From assembly GCF_009914755.1 (NCBI RefSeq), contig NC_060930.1: DNA of 64,000 nt; one strand, written 5' to 3'. Below the pieces are notes generated by a model. That model was not told the origin of the DNA. It ran no database searches and saw only the letters and a list, made by a program, of their open reading frames with translations. Below, piece after piece: positions 15,793 to 29,520 of the stretch (position 1 is the first letter of the stretch; each line of letters opens with the position of its first letter). A program made the translations under genes and the position numbers. The DNA is from the human T2T-CHM13v2.0 reference genome, Homo sapiens.

Positions 15793-17256
15793 ATAAGGAT
15801 CTTCAGGATCCAGAAGTGAAGAGAAAAATTGATGATCAGAGTGCTATGGCTCTGAGGGAAGTCCTATCAGTCTTAAAAAATTGGAATCTTTTGTTTCAAT
15901 ATATACAGTACATGGTCTTGTGCCCAAATGAGGAAAGGAAGTATTCCAATCTTAGGTGAAAATACGGCTTTCCAAGAGTTTAATTGTCTTTAAAGAGATG
16001 AATGAGAAAATCCACCTAAGCACAGAAAGATTATAAGAAAGCTAACTTTTCACTGAGACTTGAGTAGGTTTGTGACTTGCTTTTACATTATCTATGGGTT
16101 CCTGGATGGCTTATTCATTTGGGGTTTCTGACAGAAGAAAACTCAATGTTATATTGAAAGAACATCTTCTCAACACAGGATTACCCTGGAGGAAAAGGAT
16201 AGGAGGAGAAGAAAACCCTGATAAGGATAAGCTCATAATTAAAGAATATACAAAATATTGGCAAAAGTCACAACAAGCAAGAGAATCGAAAGTTGAAAAT
16301 TTAAGATAATAGAAGAATAATCTGTAATATAGCATACAAGTGCTTATAATGATTAAAGATACGAAAGAGGAAATCCAAATCCTAACAGTATAATTGCACT
16401 CTTTATTTGAGACAATGCTACAGTATCGAAAAACCAAATCTCAGTGACTTAACACTACAAAGAATATTTCTTTCATACCAGAGTGTGACCAGGTGTGTAG
16501 TGCTGGCTTTGCATGTGCTGAATAAGAGTTCCTGACTCCTTTCATTTTGTGGTATAACCATTTTGTAAGGTGTCCTTATAGGACTCAGACAGACATTGAG
16601 CAGGAAGAGAGAGAGAAGTATCTCACAGAATGTTTATGAACCCGAAGCTGGAATACAACATAACATAGTGCTAGCCAAACTGCAAAAGAAATGGAAACAG
16701 GATCGGTAGGCTTCTGCTCAATCTCTACCTACATATAAAAATTTGACAGAGTTTCAATTAGGTATATCAGAAATGTAAATTACAGGCATTCATTGTTTCA
16801 TTTCATATAAATAGATGATAGAGATAGATTTATTACTTTGTCCAGGTACCATCCCAGTTACTGGAGATGGAGGAAATGAACAAAAAATCCAATGTTCCTA
16901 CCACAGTGGAGTTTACAAAATCCTACCTGTGGAGGCACACAGTCAGCACATAAATAAAGGATTAGTGAGAGTACTGAGTAGTATAAAAATGAAGCAATAT
17001 GAAATGATGCAGAGAAGCACCTTGCTATAATAGGGTGTTCATGAAAGTCCTCCAGCCCTCACCTCCAGGAGGTGATATTTGAGAGATGTTTCCTTGTTTC
17101 TAAATTCAACATTTAGTTGTTTTCACTTTATCATTCTTGATCTGCTAGCTGCATTTAGGTCTCCTGCTCATCTCCTCATTAAAAAAAAAAAAAAACAAAA
17201 AAAACCTTCACTTGGTTTCCAAGGTATCGCCTTCCAGTGTGTTTTTCCTACCTCAG

Positions 17257-17769
17257 TGTATTAGTTTCTTATGGCTGCTAGAATAAAATATCACAAACTT
17301 AATGGCTTCAAATCACATACATTCATTGACAAATTCATTTGGAATTCTCGAGGTCACAAGTCCAAAATGGGTCTCACTGAGCTACCAACAAGGTTTCAGC
17401 AGGGCTGCCTTCCTTTCTGTAGGCTCTAGGAGAAAATCCACTTCCTTGCCTTTCCAGCTTCTGGAACTTGACCACATTCCTCGGCTTGTGGCCACTTTTG
17501 TCTATCTTCCAAACCCAGCAATTTTCCCTTTTTGCTTTCTTCAGCAGCCACTTTTCCCTCTAACCTCCTCCGACTCCTTCTTCCACTTTTGAGCACTCTT
17601 GGAGTTACTCTGAGATCCCCAGATAATCCAGGATAATCTCCCCATCTCAAGATACTTAATCACATCTACAAGCTCCCTTTTTCAATGGAGGGTAACAGAT
17701 CCACAGTTTCCAGGGACTAAGATGTGTATGTATTTGAAGTAGGGGTTGGTGGTTATTCTGTCTACCACA
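17257..17769 (-). mobile_element. MLT1B/C-like solo LTR
   Basis: TGTATTAG...CTACCACA ends; TSD CTCAG/TTCAG. Confidence 0.82.
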
Positions 17770-18997
17770 TTCAGTGACTGCTTTCTTTTCTCAGTGTTCA
17801 CAGTTATTTCCTCCTTATCTCTCTGACCCTTACATATAGAGTACCAGGGCAGAAATACAGCTCTGTTGATTACTAGAGATTGAAATATTTTTATATTTCT
17901 CAGTAGGTAGTCTTAACAATTACCAATAACTCTTGAGTTCCAGACATTTCTGCCTTTTGCCCTAGGTCCCTGACTTTCCCTGAGGACTTTAAATATTTGT
18001 TCCTGCTACATAAAATACGGAATAAATGTCTGGCTTAGTTGGAGGCTTTGAAGACACTGACCCAGCATTGTGGTCAGGGTCCATTTAGAATTGTTCTTGC
18101 TCAATCTATACCAGCTGTTAGCATCCCTGGGTGTGCCCCTTCCTTAAGTAGTTATTTTCTTGATGATTTCATCCAGTCTTAAGACTTTAAATACCACCTA
18201 GATGCTGATGACTCTCAAAGTTTCACTTGTTGTCCAATTTTTTCTCCCAAACTTCAGAATCTGATGTCTAATTACCTACTCAGTATCCTCAAGGCTGTAT
18301 TTTTGGCATCTAAAGCACAATCTTATTTATCAGCGCACTGCTGCTTTATGCCCCCTGCCTCAATTTTTCTCCGTACCACGGTCTTCTGTCGATAAGGAAA
18401 TATCAACTCTATCTGCTTTCTCTATCTTAAAGTATATGCAGAATCTATTTCTTGCCTTCTCTTCAGTCACCAAGCCAGTCCAAACCCCCATTAGTTCTCT
18501 CCTCTTAATTCAAAGCATTTTACATTGTCTCCCTTCTTCCTTTGGTCTTTTTCAACATAGCAGCAAGAATTATCATCAAATTCTAATAATATCATTTTGG
18601 ACCCCTGCTCAGAACCCTCCTTTGGCTTCTTATCTCACTCAGAGTAAAGACCCTCCCCCTGCCTTAGATCACCTTGACAATCTTTGCATCTAGTACCTCT
18701 CTGCAATCAACTTCCATTGCTTTTCCTCCCACTCACACAGCTTAAGGCACACTGACCTCTGTATTATTCTTAAACTAAGTCAGGATGTCCTCTGCATCTG
18801 GAATACTCTTCCTTCCTGTATCTGGAGCATTCTTTGATGGATAGTCACATAGCTTGATCCCTCACTTTCTTTTATTATTTAAATATTGCCTTACTATAGA
18901 TATTTTCCTTAACCATTGTTTTAAAAATTGAGTACCTTAACTCATCAGTTCCCCTGTACTGTGTTATATTTCCCTTTAGGAGTTTCATGTTTGAATA

Positions 18998-19565
18998 CAA
19001 TCACACACCTCATAACAACACTTTGGCCACTGATGAGCCTCATATATGAGAGTGGTCATCTAGTAAACTAAGGCTAATTTATTATTGAAGAAAGAAATTG
19101 TTTTTTACAAATTTAATGTAGCCTAAGTGTACAATATTTATAAGGTCTTCAGTAGTGTACAGTAATCTCCCAGGCCTTCACAGTCACTCTCAAATCACTG
19201 ACTCATTAAAAGCAACTTCCTGCAAGCTCCACTCATGGTAAGTGTGCTATACAGGTGTACCATTCTGTTTTAACTTTTATACCGTGTTTTTACTGTATTT
19301 TTCTATGTTTAGATGTGTTTGGATACACAGGTGCTTACCATTGTGTTACAGTTGCCTGCAATATTCAGGACAGTAACAGCTGTACAGGTTTATAGCCTAG
19401 GAGCAATAGACTGTACCATCTAGCCTAGCTGTGTTGCAGGCTATACCATTTGTGTAGTGTGCTTACTAGGTTTGTGTAAGCACACTCTGTTGTTTGAGGG
19501 ACAACAAACTTGCCTAGCAACGGATATCTTAGAATGTATCCTTGTTGATAAGCAGTGTGTTACTG
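18998..19565. mobile_element. Tigger3 (MER7-type) DNA transposon
   Basis: TA-flanked CAATCACAC...GTGTTACTG termini and typical TAGCCTAAGTGTACA / TAGCCTAGGAGCAATAG blocks. Confidence 0.82.
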
Positions 19566-20591
19566 TATACTGTATATTTTACTTAATTTATGATATTTAA
19601 TTTGTATCCAGAACCCACTAGGATATGAGCTGTATAGAGATTTTAGTCTGTTTTTTTTAACTGCTTGTCCCACCCACTGTCTATAGGCAGGGTTTTAGCC
19701 TCACAAGGCGTTAAAAACTTGAACATTAAATAATATACCTATTTTACACTTTAAAAATCATGAAAATGAACAAAAAGTAGCATTCAAGGTTTAGCAATAT
19801 GGGAATTGTAATACACATATATTTAAAGTAGGAAACAAGCCCAACTTTTCAGTAGAAAAATAGTCAAAATCTATCACAAACCTTAAATATGCATACACTT
19901 TGGTATAGGAAGGCTCCTCATTAAAATCTATCGTAACAAAATAATGTGAATGTACACAAAGATTTTGCAATAAGAACAACCACCATAGTCTTGTTTATGA
20001 AAGTGAAAAATTAAAAAATTTTAAAAATCGACCACCCCCCCAAATTTCCAAATATAGAAGCTTAGTTAAATGAAATAAGGTATATTTATACAAGACGATC
20101 TTATACAATCCTTAAATTAGTATTTAGATAAATATTTAGAGCATGAGAAATATTAACAATATGCTGATGAAGTGGTAAAAAGCAATTTATACAAAGTATA
20201 TGCAAAATGACTTAATTTTCAAAAAAATATATGTAGACTGATAGATATATAGATGGGATTCTATATATCAGTCTGAGAATACAGCTATTTATCAACTATA
20301 TGTTGCTTGTGTTCATGATATTTGATAATACGGTATATCTTTTTTTAAAATTCTTGCATCAGTAAGTAGGGACTAAGGCTCCACTTTAGCTTATGAAATA
20401 AACTCTTTGGGGTTATTTTAGTCTTTAGAAACTTAACATGTAGAAGTTGCCTAGCCACAAGTATGATTGTATTAAAAATGTAGTTAGTATGACTCAGCTG
20501 AGAAGACAAATTTATGTTATGCAGTTAATCCAATATTTGATCTCAGAGATTTTAATTAAACCTAACCCACCCACTCTCTGTCTCTGTCTAG

Positions 20592-20754
20592 TTTCTATCC
20601 TTTTGGCAGTAATGTACAATCTGGTTCTACTGAACAAAAGAAGGGGAAATTCCCACTCTGGCCAGAGTGGAGTGAAGCTGACATAAATTCAGAAAAGTGG
20701 GATGCAGGCAAAGGTGCAAAAGAAAAGGACAAAACAGGAAAAAGCCCTGTATTT
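20592..20754 (+). CDS. ADGB: ADGB exon 2 (163 nt, phase 2 to 0): (D)FYPFGSNVQSGSTEQKKGKFPLWPEWSEADINSEKWDAGKGAKEKDKTGKSPVF
   Basis: Acceptor ctctgtctAG, donor TTT|GTAAGT; open frame joining HFFEDPEG of the next exon. Confidence 0.93.
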
Positions 20755-21802
20755 GTAAGTAGATGTAAATGTGACTAGGTTTCATTTTGGTTTTTAATTT
20801 TATAATGGAATGAGATTTGTAAACATAAAAAGGTATTCATTCTTCTCCATAATGTGCATTCAAAAGGGAAATTTTTTATTTTTCTATCAGCCCCACCTCC
20901 CAACACTCCCACTTTGTCTTTCCAAGCCTTAGTCCTGAGCTTTGGTGAATCATATTTGGGTAAATTGGAAGAAAGAGATATGACCAAAGAATCATAATGA
21001 TATAAAGGAAAAATTAAGAGATAGGGCAGGTTAGCCAGTCGACATTGGACAGAGTTTGGAAACAGGCATTTATAAAGAGTGGTTAAGAAAATGAAAATCC
21101 ACAGTGGACTTGGAAGCTGTGACCGGGAGATAATAGGAAAGATAATTTTTTAAAAGAAATGTTAACTGTGAGATGAAAACTGGATTCCTCCTACTATCTC
21201 CTCAAGATATGTGAATAAAGATCCTCACTGCTCTTCGTTTACTTTTTGTCACATAAACATGGCATGTCCCTGAGATTGGTGCCAAAATGTAGAATTTCTG
21301 CATTTTCCAATTATATTACTTTATGTTATTTTGCCTATTTAAAAATGTTTATTTCTAAAGACTTCAAAGTTGAGGCTATGGGTCTGACTTTCATTTAAAA
21401 TATGACCTATTTATTGGGTGCAACAATTCATTTAAAAATATTTATAGAAAACAATATAATTTTCAAGACATAAACATAAGTGCCAGAAGGGTTTAGTTGA
21501 ACTTTACATAAAGCATTCTGAAATAGTAAATCTTAGCATGTACGTTTTGTTCACAAAAGATTGTATCACAAATTGCATGATTCATATTGGTCAATTTGTT
21601 AACAAAAGGTACGCAATAAAGGTATTGCTGACTCTGTTAGCACCTAAACAAGTTCCAAATTAGCAACATGTAAGGGAACAAATTCTTTGTACCACATCTA
21701 AAATGATTATGGAACTTCTAGATGCAGAGGGCTTTGAATTCTCTGGGTTCAAATGAAAATTGGCATATTCTATGTATTTTTTTCAGTGATTCAAAACTTA
21801 TG

Positions 21803-21868
21803 GAGAGAGAGAAAGAGAGAGAGTGTGAGTGTGTGGGTGTGGGTGGGTGTGGGTGTGTGTGGGTGTGG
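21803..21868 (+). repeat. Compound microsatellite (GA)n-(GT)n-(GGGTGT)n
   Basis: Directly visible. Confidence 0.9.
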
Positions 21869-22479
21869 TAAAATCTAGGATAGAACCTTACTTTCCACTT
21901 CCAGTCTGTCACAATCTCATCCATAACTCTTGAAGTAGCAGCTCCTTCACTGGAGTGAGTGGTGGACAGTGTCCAAGCCTTGTGATCGCATCTGCATGAA
22001 ATGGTTGCATGGTAGCTCTTAGCGCTGATTTGCAGCATCCATCTTTTATTAAGATTAATTTCCTTAAGCATCCAAATATAACAAGTATCCTGGGAGTTTT
22101 GCAGAAGGCCGCTTCCCTAGACATGAGGCTAGTCATCAGGAAATCAGCCTCAGATGAATTCACCCTTTCCTCTAAGTCCAGAGAAAGGTCTCACTTCTTT
22201 AGCTAAGTGATGAGAACTAAAGGATGTGACGGGTGAATCAAATTGTGAATATATTATGCAGTACTGTAAGGTTATTATAAGGGACACTGATAAGAAAAAT
22301 AATGTGGAAAGATTACCCTTAACTTCTTAATGAGGGAGGCCCAAATCCTGGGGAAAAGGGAACCACAACAAGGTCAGTTCCACATTCACCTTGTTCTTTG
22401 TTTATTTATTTTTTCCTCTCTCAAGTACATTTATTAATTCAAGGCATGAAGATTAGGGATCAAGCACAAAGTAGTGTCC

Positions 22480-23008
22480 TGGGACCTGTGTCAGTTTCTT
22501 GAGCTGGAGAGACAGAGGATATTGCCTAGGGCTGCTAAAGCAGTCAAAACTTGAACCAAAACCCCAGGGCTAATGGCAGAGAAGCAATCTGAAAATTTTG
22601 CATATAATTTTATTTTAAGATATTTACTCAACTCCTAAACTATGTATGAAGGATAAGCTACGGAGCAAATGAATAAACAGCAGCAGCTTGAAGGCAAAAT
22701 AAAAAACGATTTAATGGTACTTTGGAGAGAAATTTAGGAACATCAAGGTAAAGGGACCCCAATAAACACTCCAGCTTTTTTAGACAGTGCACCAGACCAG
22801 CTATAGCATTCTGTATAAAGTAAGGGCAAACCAAAGTTACACCAGCCCTACCAAATCCTGAAACCCAGTGTTGACTGAGTCAGGTACATCTTGTACTCTG
22901 CCTGCCAAAAGGAAATAAATTCTCCTTTCTGGAATAAGACATCATTATCTAGAGCCCATATAATTTTTATACTCAGTGTATATCATTCATTAAAAATTAT
23001 TAAGCATG
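22480..23008 (+). mobile_element. Ancient L1M 5' region fragment that resumes at about 28147-28290
   Basis: AAAAATTA...CATG...AATAGAAACTGATCC...GATAAAGGACTTTA pattern of old L1M pre-ORF1 sequence, split by the younger stack. Confidence 0.55.
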
Positions 23009-23547
23009 TGAATCCTACCAGATGTACAAAGACAAGCTGCTACCATTCTTACTGAAACTATTCCAAAAAATTGAGAAGGAGACACTCCTCCCCAACTCAT
23101 TCCATGAGAACATCATCATCCTGATAGCAAAGCATGACAGAGTCACAACAACAAAAAAATCTTCAGGCCACTATCATCGATGAACATCAATGCAAAAATC
23201 CTCAACAAAATACTTGCCAACCAAATCCAGCAGCACATCAAAAAGCTAATCCACCATGATCAAGTAGGCTTCACTCGCAGGATGCAAGTTTGGTTCAACA
23301 GACACAAATCAATAAATGTGATTCATCACATAAACACAACTAAAGACAAAAACCACATGATTATCTCAATAGATGCAGAAAGGACTTTTGATAAAATTCA
23401 ATACCCCTTGATGTTAACCCTTTTCCCATTACAAAAAAGTGCAGCTCGCTTCCAGCATTCATTTAATTTTACATAAACATACTCTTTGAAGCTGATGCAA
23501 ATCTGACTGATTTTCAATGTGAAAATAAAACATAAAAAGCTGTTCTT

Positions 23548-23980
23548 ATAGCAAAGACTTGGAACCAACCCAAATGTCCAACAATGATAGACTGGATTAA
23601 GAAAATGTGGCACATATACCCCATGGAATACTATGCAGCCATAAAAAATGATGAGTTCATGTCCTTTGTAGGGACATGGATGAAGCTGGAAACCATCATT
23701 CTCAGCAAACTATCGCAAGGACAAAAAACCAAACACCACATGTTCTCACTCATAGGTGGGAAATGAACAATGAGAACACATGGACACAGGAAAGGGAACA
23801 TCACACACTGGGGCCTGTTGTGGGGTGGGGGGGGGGGGGGAGGGATAGCATTTGGAGATATACCTAATGTTAAATGATGAGTTACTGGGTGCAGCACACC
23901 AACAAGGCACATGTATACATATGTAACTAACCTGCACATTGTGCACATGTACCCTAAAACTTAAAGTATAATAAAAAAAA
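23548..23980 (+). mobile_element. 5'-truncated young L1PA 3' end nested in the piggyBac
   Basis: ORF2 C-terminus (WIKKMWHIYPMEYYAAIK), G-rich 3'UTR, polyA; TSD AAAAAGCTGTTCTT (23534-23547) / AAAAAACTGTTCTT (23977-23990). Confidence 0.93.
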
Positions 23981-24057
23981 AACTGTTCTTAGAGTTATTT
24001 CTAAACAGAACTTGTCTATAATCTTAATGTAACAGAAATGTATGTGATGATCAGTGT

Positions 24058-24476
<419 letters not shown>

Positions 24477-24917
24477 AGCATGTTTTATCTTGGGATAAAC
24501 ACTGCAACTGCAAGCACTGCTGGTGAGTATTCTTGGGTGCAAATGGGAAATGGTTAAAAACTCTCCACAAACTAGGTATGAAGGAACATACCTCAAAATA
24601 AAAAGAGCCATCTATGAAAAACCCACAGCGAACATTATACTGAATGGCAAGACCTGGAAGCATTCCTCTTGAAAACTGGCACATTACAAAGATGCTTTCT
24701 CTCACCACTCCTATTCAACACAGTATTGGAAGTCAGCCAGAGAAATCAGGTAAGAAAAAGGAATAAAGGGCACCCAAATAGGAAGAAAGGAAGTCAAACT
24801 ATCCCTGTTTGCAGATGACATGATTCTATATCTAGAAAACCCCATAGTCTCAGACCAAAAGCTTTTTCAGATGGTAAACAACTGCAGCAAAGTTTCAGGA
24901 TGCAAAATCAGTATACA

Positions 24918-25041
24918 GTGCTCACTTCAGCAGTGCATATACTAAAATTGGAATGATACAGAAAAGATTAGCATGGCCCCTGCACAAGCATGCCTCCTGC
25001 ACAAGCATGGCACACAAATTCGTGAAGAGGTCCGTAATTTT
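24918..25041 (+). pseudogene. Full-length U6 snRNA retrocopy with an internal 17-bp duplication, fused to L1
   Basis: GTGCTCACTTCAGCAGTGCATATACTAAAATTGGAATGATACAGAAAAGATTAGCATGGCCCCTG...AAATTCGTGAAGAGGTCCGTAATTTT matches U6; ACAGAGA box mutated to ACAGAAA. Confidence 0.93.
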
Positions 25042-28000
25042 AATTAAAAATCTAACTTCGCAATTGAAATAATTAGAGAAGCTAGAACAAATTAATCCCA
25101 ATGCTAGCAGAAGACGAGAAATAATGAAAATTAGAGCTGAACTGAAGGAAATTGACACATGAAAAACAATTTCAAAGATCAACAAATCCAGGAGTTGTTT
25201 TTTGAAAAAATTAATAAAATAGGCCACTAGCTAGGCTAATAACAAAGAAAAGAAAGAATATCCAAATAAACACTATTAGAAATGATGAAGGGAATGTTAC
25301 TATTGACCCCACAGAAATAAAAGCAGCTATCAGAAACTACTACAAACTCCTCTATGCACACAAACTACAAAACCTAGAAGAGATGGATAAATTCCTGGAC
25401 ACATACACCCTCCTAAGACTGAGCCAGGAAGAAACTGTTTTCCTGAACAGACCAATAACAAGCTCTGAAATGGAATCAGTAATAAAGGGCCTACCAACCA
25501 AACAAAAGCTCGGGACCTGATGGATTAACAGCTGAATTCTACCAGATGTAGAAAGACGAGCTGGTACCATTTCTACTGAAACTCTTCTAAAAAGTTGAGA
25601 AGGAGGGACTCCTCCCCAAGTGATTCTATGAAGCCACCAACATCTTGATAACAAAACCTGGCAGAGACACAGCAAAAAATGAAAACTTCATCCCAATATT
25701 CTTGATGAACATCGATGCAAAATTCCTCAACAAGATACTTGCAAATTGAATCCAGCAGCACATCAAAAAGCTAATCCAACATGATCAAGTTGGCTTCATC
25801 CCCAGGATGCAAGGTTGGCTCAACATATGCAAATCAATAAATGTGATTCATCACATAAACAAAACTAAAGACAAAAACCACATGAATATCTATATAAATG
25901 CAGAAGAGGCTTTTGATAAAATTTGACACCCCTTCATGTAAAAACCTCTTAATAAACTAGGTATTGAAGGATCATACCTCAAAATAATAAGAACCATCTA
26001 TGATAAACTCATAGCCAACGTTATACTGAATGGGCAAAAGCCAGAAGCATTCCCCTTTGAAAACCACCATAAGACAAGGATGCCCTCTCTCACCACTTCT
26101 ATTTAACATAGTATTGGAAGTCCTAGCCAGAGCAATCAGGCTAGACAAAGAAATAAAGCACATCCAAATAGGAAGAGAAGAAATCAAACATCTCTGTTTG
26201 AAGACGACATAATTCTATATCTAGAAAACCCCACAGTCTTGTCCCAAAAGCTCCTGCAGCTGATAAACAACTTCAGCAAACTTGCAGGATACAAATTCAA
26301 TGTATAAAAACCACTAGTATTCCTATACGCCAACAATAGCCAAAATGAGAGCCAAATCAGAAAGGCAATCCATTCACAATTGCCACAAAAGGAAGAAAAT
26401 ACCTAGGAATTCAGCCAACCAGGGAAGTGAAACATCATCTATACAAGCAGAACTACAAAACTGCTCAAACAGAAACAAATGGGAAAACATTCCATGCTCA
26501 TAGATAGGAAGAATCACTATCATTGAAAAGGCTATACTGCCCAAAGCAATGTACAGATTCAATGCTATTCTTATCAAACTACCAATGACATTCTTCACAG
26601 AACTAGAAAAAACTATTTTAAACTTCATGTGGAACCAAAAAAGAACCTGAATAGCCAAGGCAATCCCACGGGAAAAAAAAAAAAGCTGGAGGAATCACGC
26701 GACCTGACTTCAAACTGTACTATTGTACAAGGCTATAGTAACCAAAGCAGCATGGTACTGATATGAAAACAGGCACATAGACGAATGAGGCAGAGTAGAG
26801 AGCCCATAAGTAAGACCACACATCTACGGCCATCTGATCTTTGACAAAGCTGACAAAAACAAGCAATGGGGAAAAGACTCCCCATTCAATAAATGGTGCT
26901 GAGATAGCTGACTAGCCATATGCAGAAGATTGAAGCTAGACCCTGTTCTTACACCATACACAAAAATCAACTCAAGATGGAATAAAGACTTAAATGTAAC
27001 ACCCAAAACTATAAAAACCCTGAAAAACAACCTAGGCAATACCATCCTGGACATAGAAATGGGCAAAGATTTCATGACGAAGCCACCAAAAGCAATTGCA
27101 ACAAAAGCAAAAATTGACAAGTGGATCTAATTAAACTTAAGAGCTTCTGCACAGCAAAAGAAACTATCAACAGAGTAAACAGACAAACTACAGAATGGGA
27201 GAAAATATTTGCAAACTGTACATCTGACCAAGGTCTAATATCCAGTATTTATAAGGAACTTAAACACATTTACAAGAGAAAAACAAACAACCACATTTAA
27301 AAGTGGGCAAATGACATAAACAGACATGAACTTCTCAAAAGAAGTCATATATGCAGCCAACAAGCATATGAAAAAAAGCTCAATATTACTTATTATTAGA
27401 AATACCATTTCACACCTATCAGAATGGGTATTATTAAAAAGCCAAAAAAGAACAGATGCTGGTGAGGTTGCAGAGAAAAAGGAATGCTTATACACTGTTG
27501 GTGGGAGTGTAAATTAGTTCAACCATTGTGGAAAGCACTATGTCAATTCCTCAAAGAGGTATAACTAGAACCACCATTTGACCCAGCAATCCTATTACTG
27601 GCTATATACCCAGAGCAACATAAGTCATTCTACCATAGAGACACATGCATGCGAGTGTTCATTACAGCACTATTCACAATAGCAAAAACATGGAAGCAAC
27701 CTGAATACCCATCAATGACAGAATGAATAAAGAAAATGTGGTACATATACACTATGGATACATATACACCATGTGGTACGTATATACTATGAAACCATAA
27801 AAAAGAACAAGATCGTGTCTTTTGCGGGAACATGGATGGAGCTGGAGGCTATTATCTTTAGCAAACTAATGCAGGAACAAAAAACCAAATACCACACATT
27901 CTCACTTCTAAGTGGGAGCTAAATCATAAGAACTTATGAACACAAAGAAGGAGACAACAGACACTGGGATCTACTTGATTAGGGAGGCTGGGAAGAAAGA

Positions 28001-28135
28001 GAGGAGCAGAAAAGATAACTATTGGGTTCTGGGCTTAATACCTGGGTGATGAAATAATCTGTACTACAAACCCCTGTGACATGAGTTTACCTGTGTAACA
28101 AATCTTCTTATGTACCCCCAATTATAAAATAAAAG
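25042..28135 (+). mobile_element. 5'-truncated L1PA (L1PA13-16-like), ORF2 through 3'UTR; 3' partner of the U6 chimera
   Basis: ORF2 remnants [23 protein letters not shown] and [16 protein letters not shown]; 3'UTR ending AAAATAAAAG. Confidence 0.93.
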
Positions 28136-28877
28136 GGTTCTTTTAAAAAAATTAACAGACATGAAAAGAAACAGAATCAAGCGACTGAAAACGAAGAGGA
28201 GAAATCAAATAATAGAAACTGATCCATGAACATCTTAGATTTTGGCATTGTTAGATAAAGGACTTTACAACAACTAAATATTTGCAATAAAGGAGGGGAA
28301 AATGATGTGGGGAAACCCCAGAAGTGTAGCAACAGCTCCTGGAAATTCAGTCAATTTTTCGATGACTCGCTTTTTGAGACTCTTGCCTGGATATTGACGT
28401 ACATTTTGTCTTCATTCAAATTATTCCAGTATCTTAAAGGTGACAATAAACTACATCTTCCAGATAAACATATATACTTATAATGTTCAAACTGTACACA
28501 ATGCCCTCAAATATAACCTGTTTCTCAGGCCACACCGGCCTTAGGGTAAAAACGTGATTACTGTGAAAATCACAAAACAGTATTTATTTCTTCCTGTCCT
28601 TATTAACTCAGGTGAAACTTAGTCGCTCTTTTTCCTGTATAGATAGTTTATATTCCTCAGGCATTTCGTTTATAACCTGTCAATTTTAATATTATTTTTT
28701 GTAAGGACCTTTATTTCCCAGTATCCTATAAATTCTTAGAACTCTTACATAGTACTTGCCCAAAGCATTTTTAACTTACTAGATTGCTAGCATCTGAGAG
28801 TACGCATTTGGATATTATTCTTTCTCCAGAGCTCACTAACTGACCCATAATAAGAATTCAAAAATTAGTGAATTAAT

Positions 28878-29520
28878 TGCATTCTTGGGCATTTATCCCA
28901 GATAAATGGAAACTTATGTTATGCAGATGTTCACAGCAGCTTTATTGGTAATAGCCCAATCCTGGAAACAGCCCACATGTTCTTCAATAAACAGTTGGTG
29001 AACAAACGTCTTTACATGAAATACTACACAGCAATAAACAAGAACAAACTATTGATACCTGAAACAACTTGGATGAATCTCCAGAGAATTATACTGACAG
29101 AAGAAAAGCCAATCCAAAAGATTTCATACTTCCTTACAATTATACCACAAATGGTGGGATTTCATCTATGTAACATTACTGAATGTTATATAGACATTCA
29201 GTATAAAATGACAAAATTATAGAAATAGAGATCAGAGAAGTTGTTGCCAAGTATTAGGGATGGAGTATGGGATGGGGAGTGGGAGCATAGGTATGGCTAT
29301 GAAAAAGCATAGGAATGGTACTTGTGGTAATAAAACTGTTCTATATCTTGACTGTCAATGCCAATATCCTGGTTGTCATACTGTATTACAGTTTCACAAG
29401 ATGTTACAATTGGAGAAATTCGGTAAATGGCATATAAGAACCCATTGTATTATTTCATACAGTTGTATATGAATCTATAATTATCTTAAAGGAAAGAAAT
29501 TAATTTTAAAATAAATAAAT
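28878..29520 (+). mobile_element. L1MC-like 3' end
   Basis: GGCATTTATCCCAG...AACTTGGATGAATCTCCAGAGAATTATACTGA...; A-rich end. Confidence 0.75.

Larger units (their letters stand above)
17090..19720 (+). mobile_element. Fragmented LINE-2 with nested MLT1 and Tigger3
   Basis: L2 text such as CTTTAAATACCACCTAGATGCTGATGACTC. Confidence 0.65.

Noticed and set aside
21892-22286. Possible antisense exon (minus-strand acceptor TTTTTCTTATCAG and donor AAA|GTAAGG)
   Set aside because: Only generic splice-like motifs, with no partner exon or recognisable product
24918-25041. Functional U6 gene
   Set aside because: Upstream sequence is L1 ORF2 with no evident PSE/TATA promoter, the ACAGAGA box is mutated and the stem-loop is duplicated
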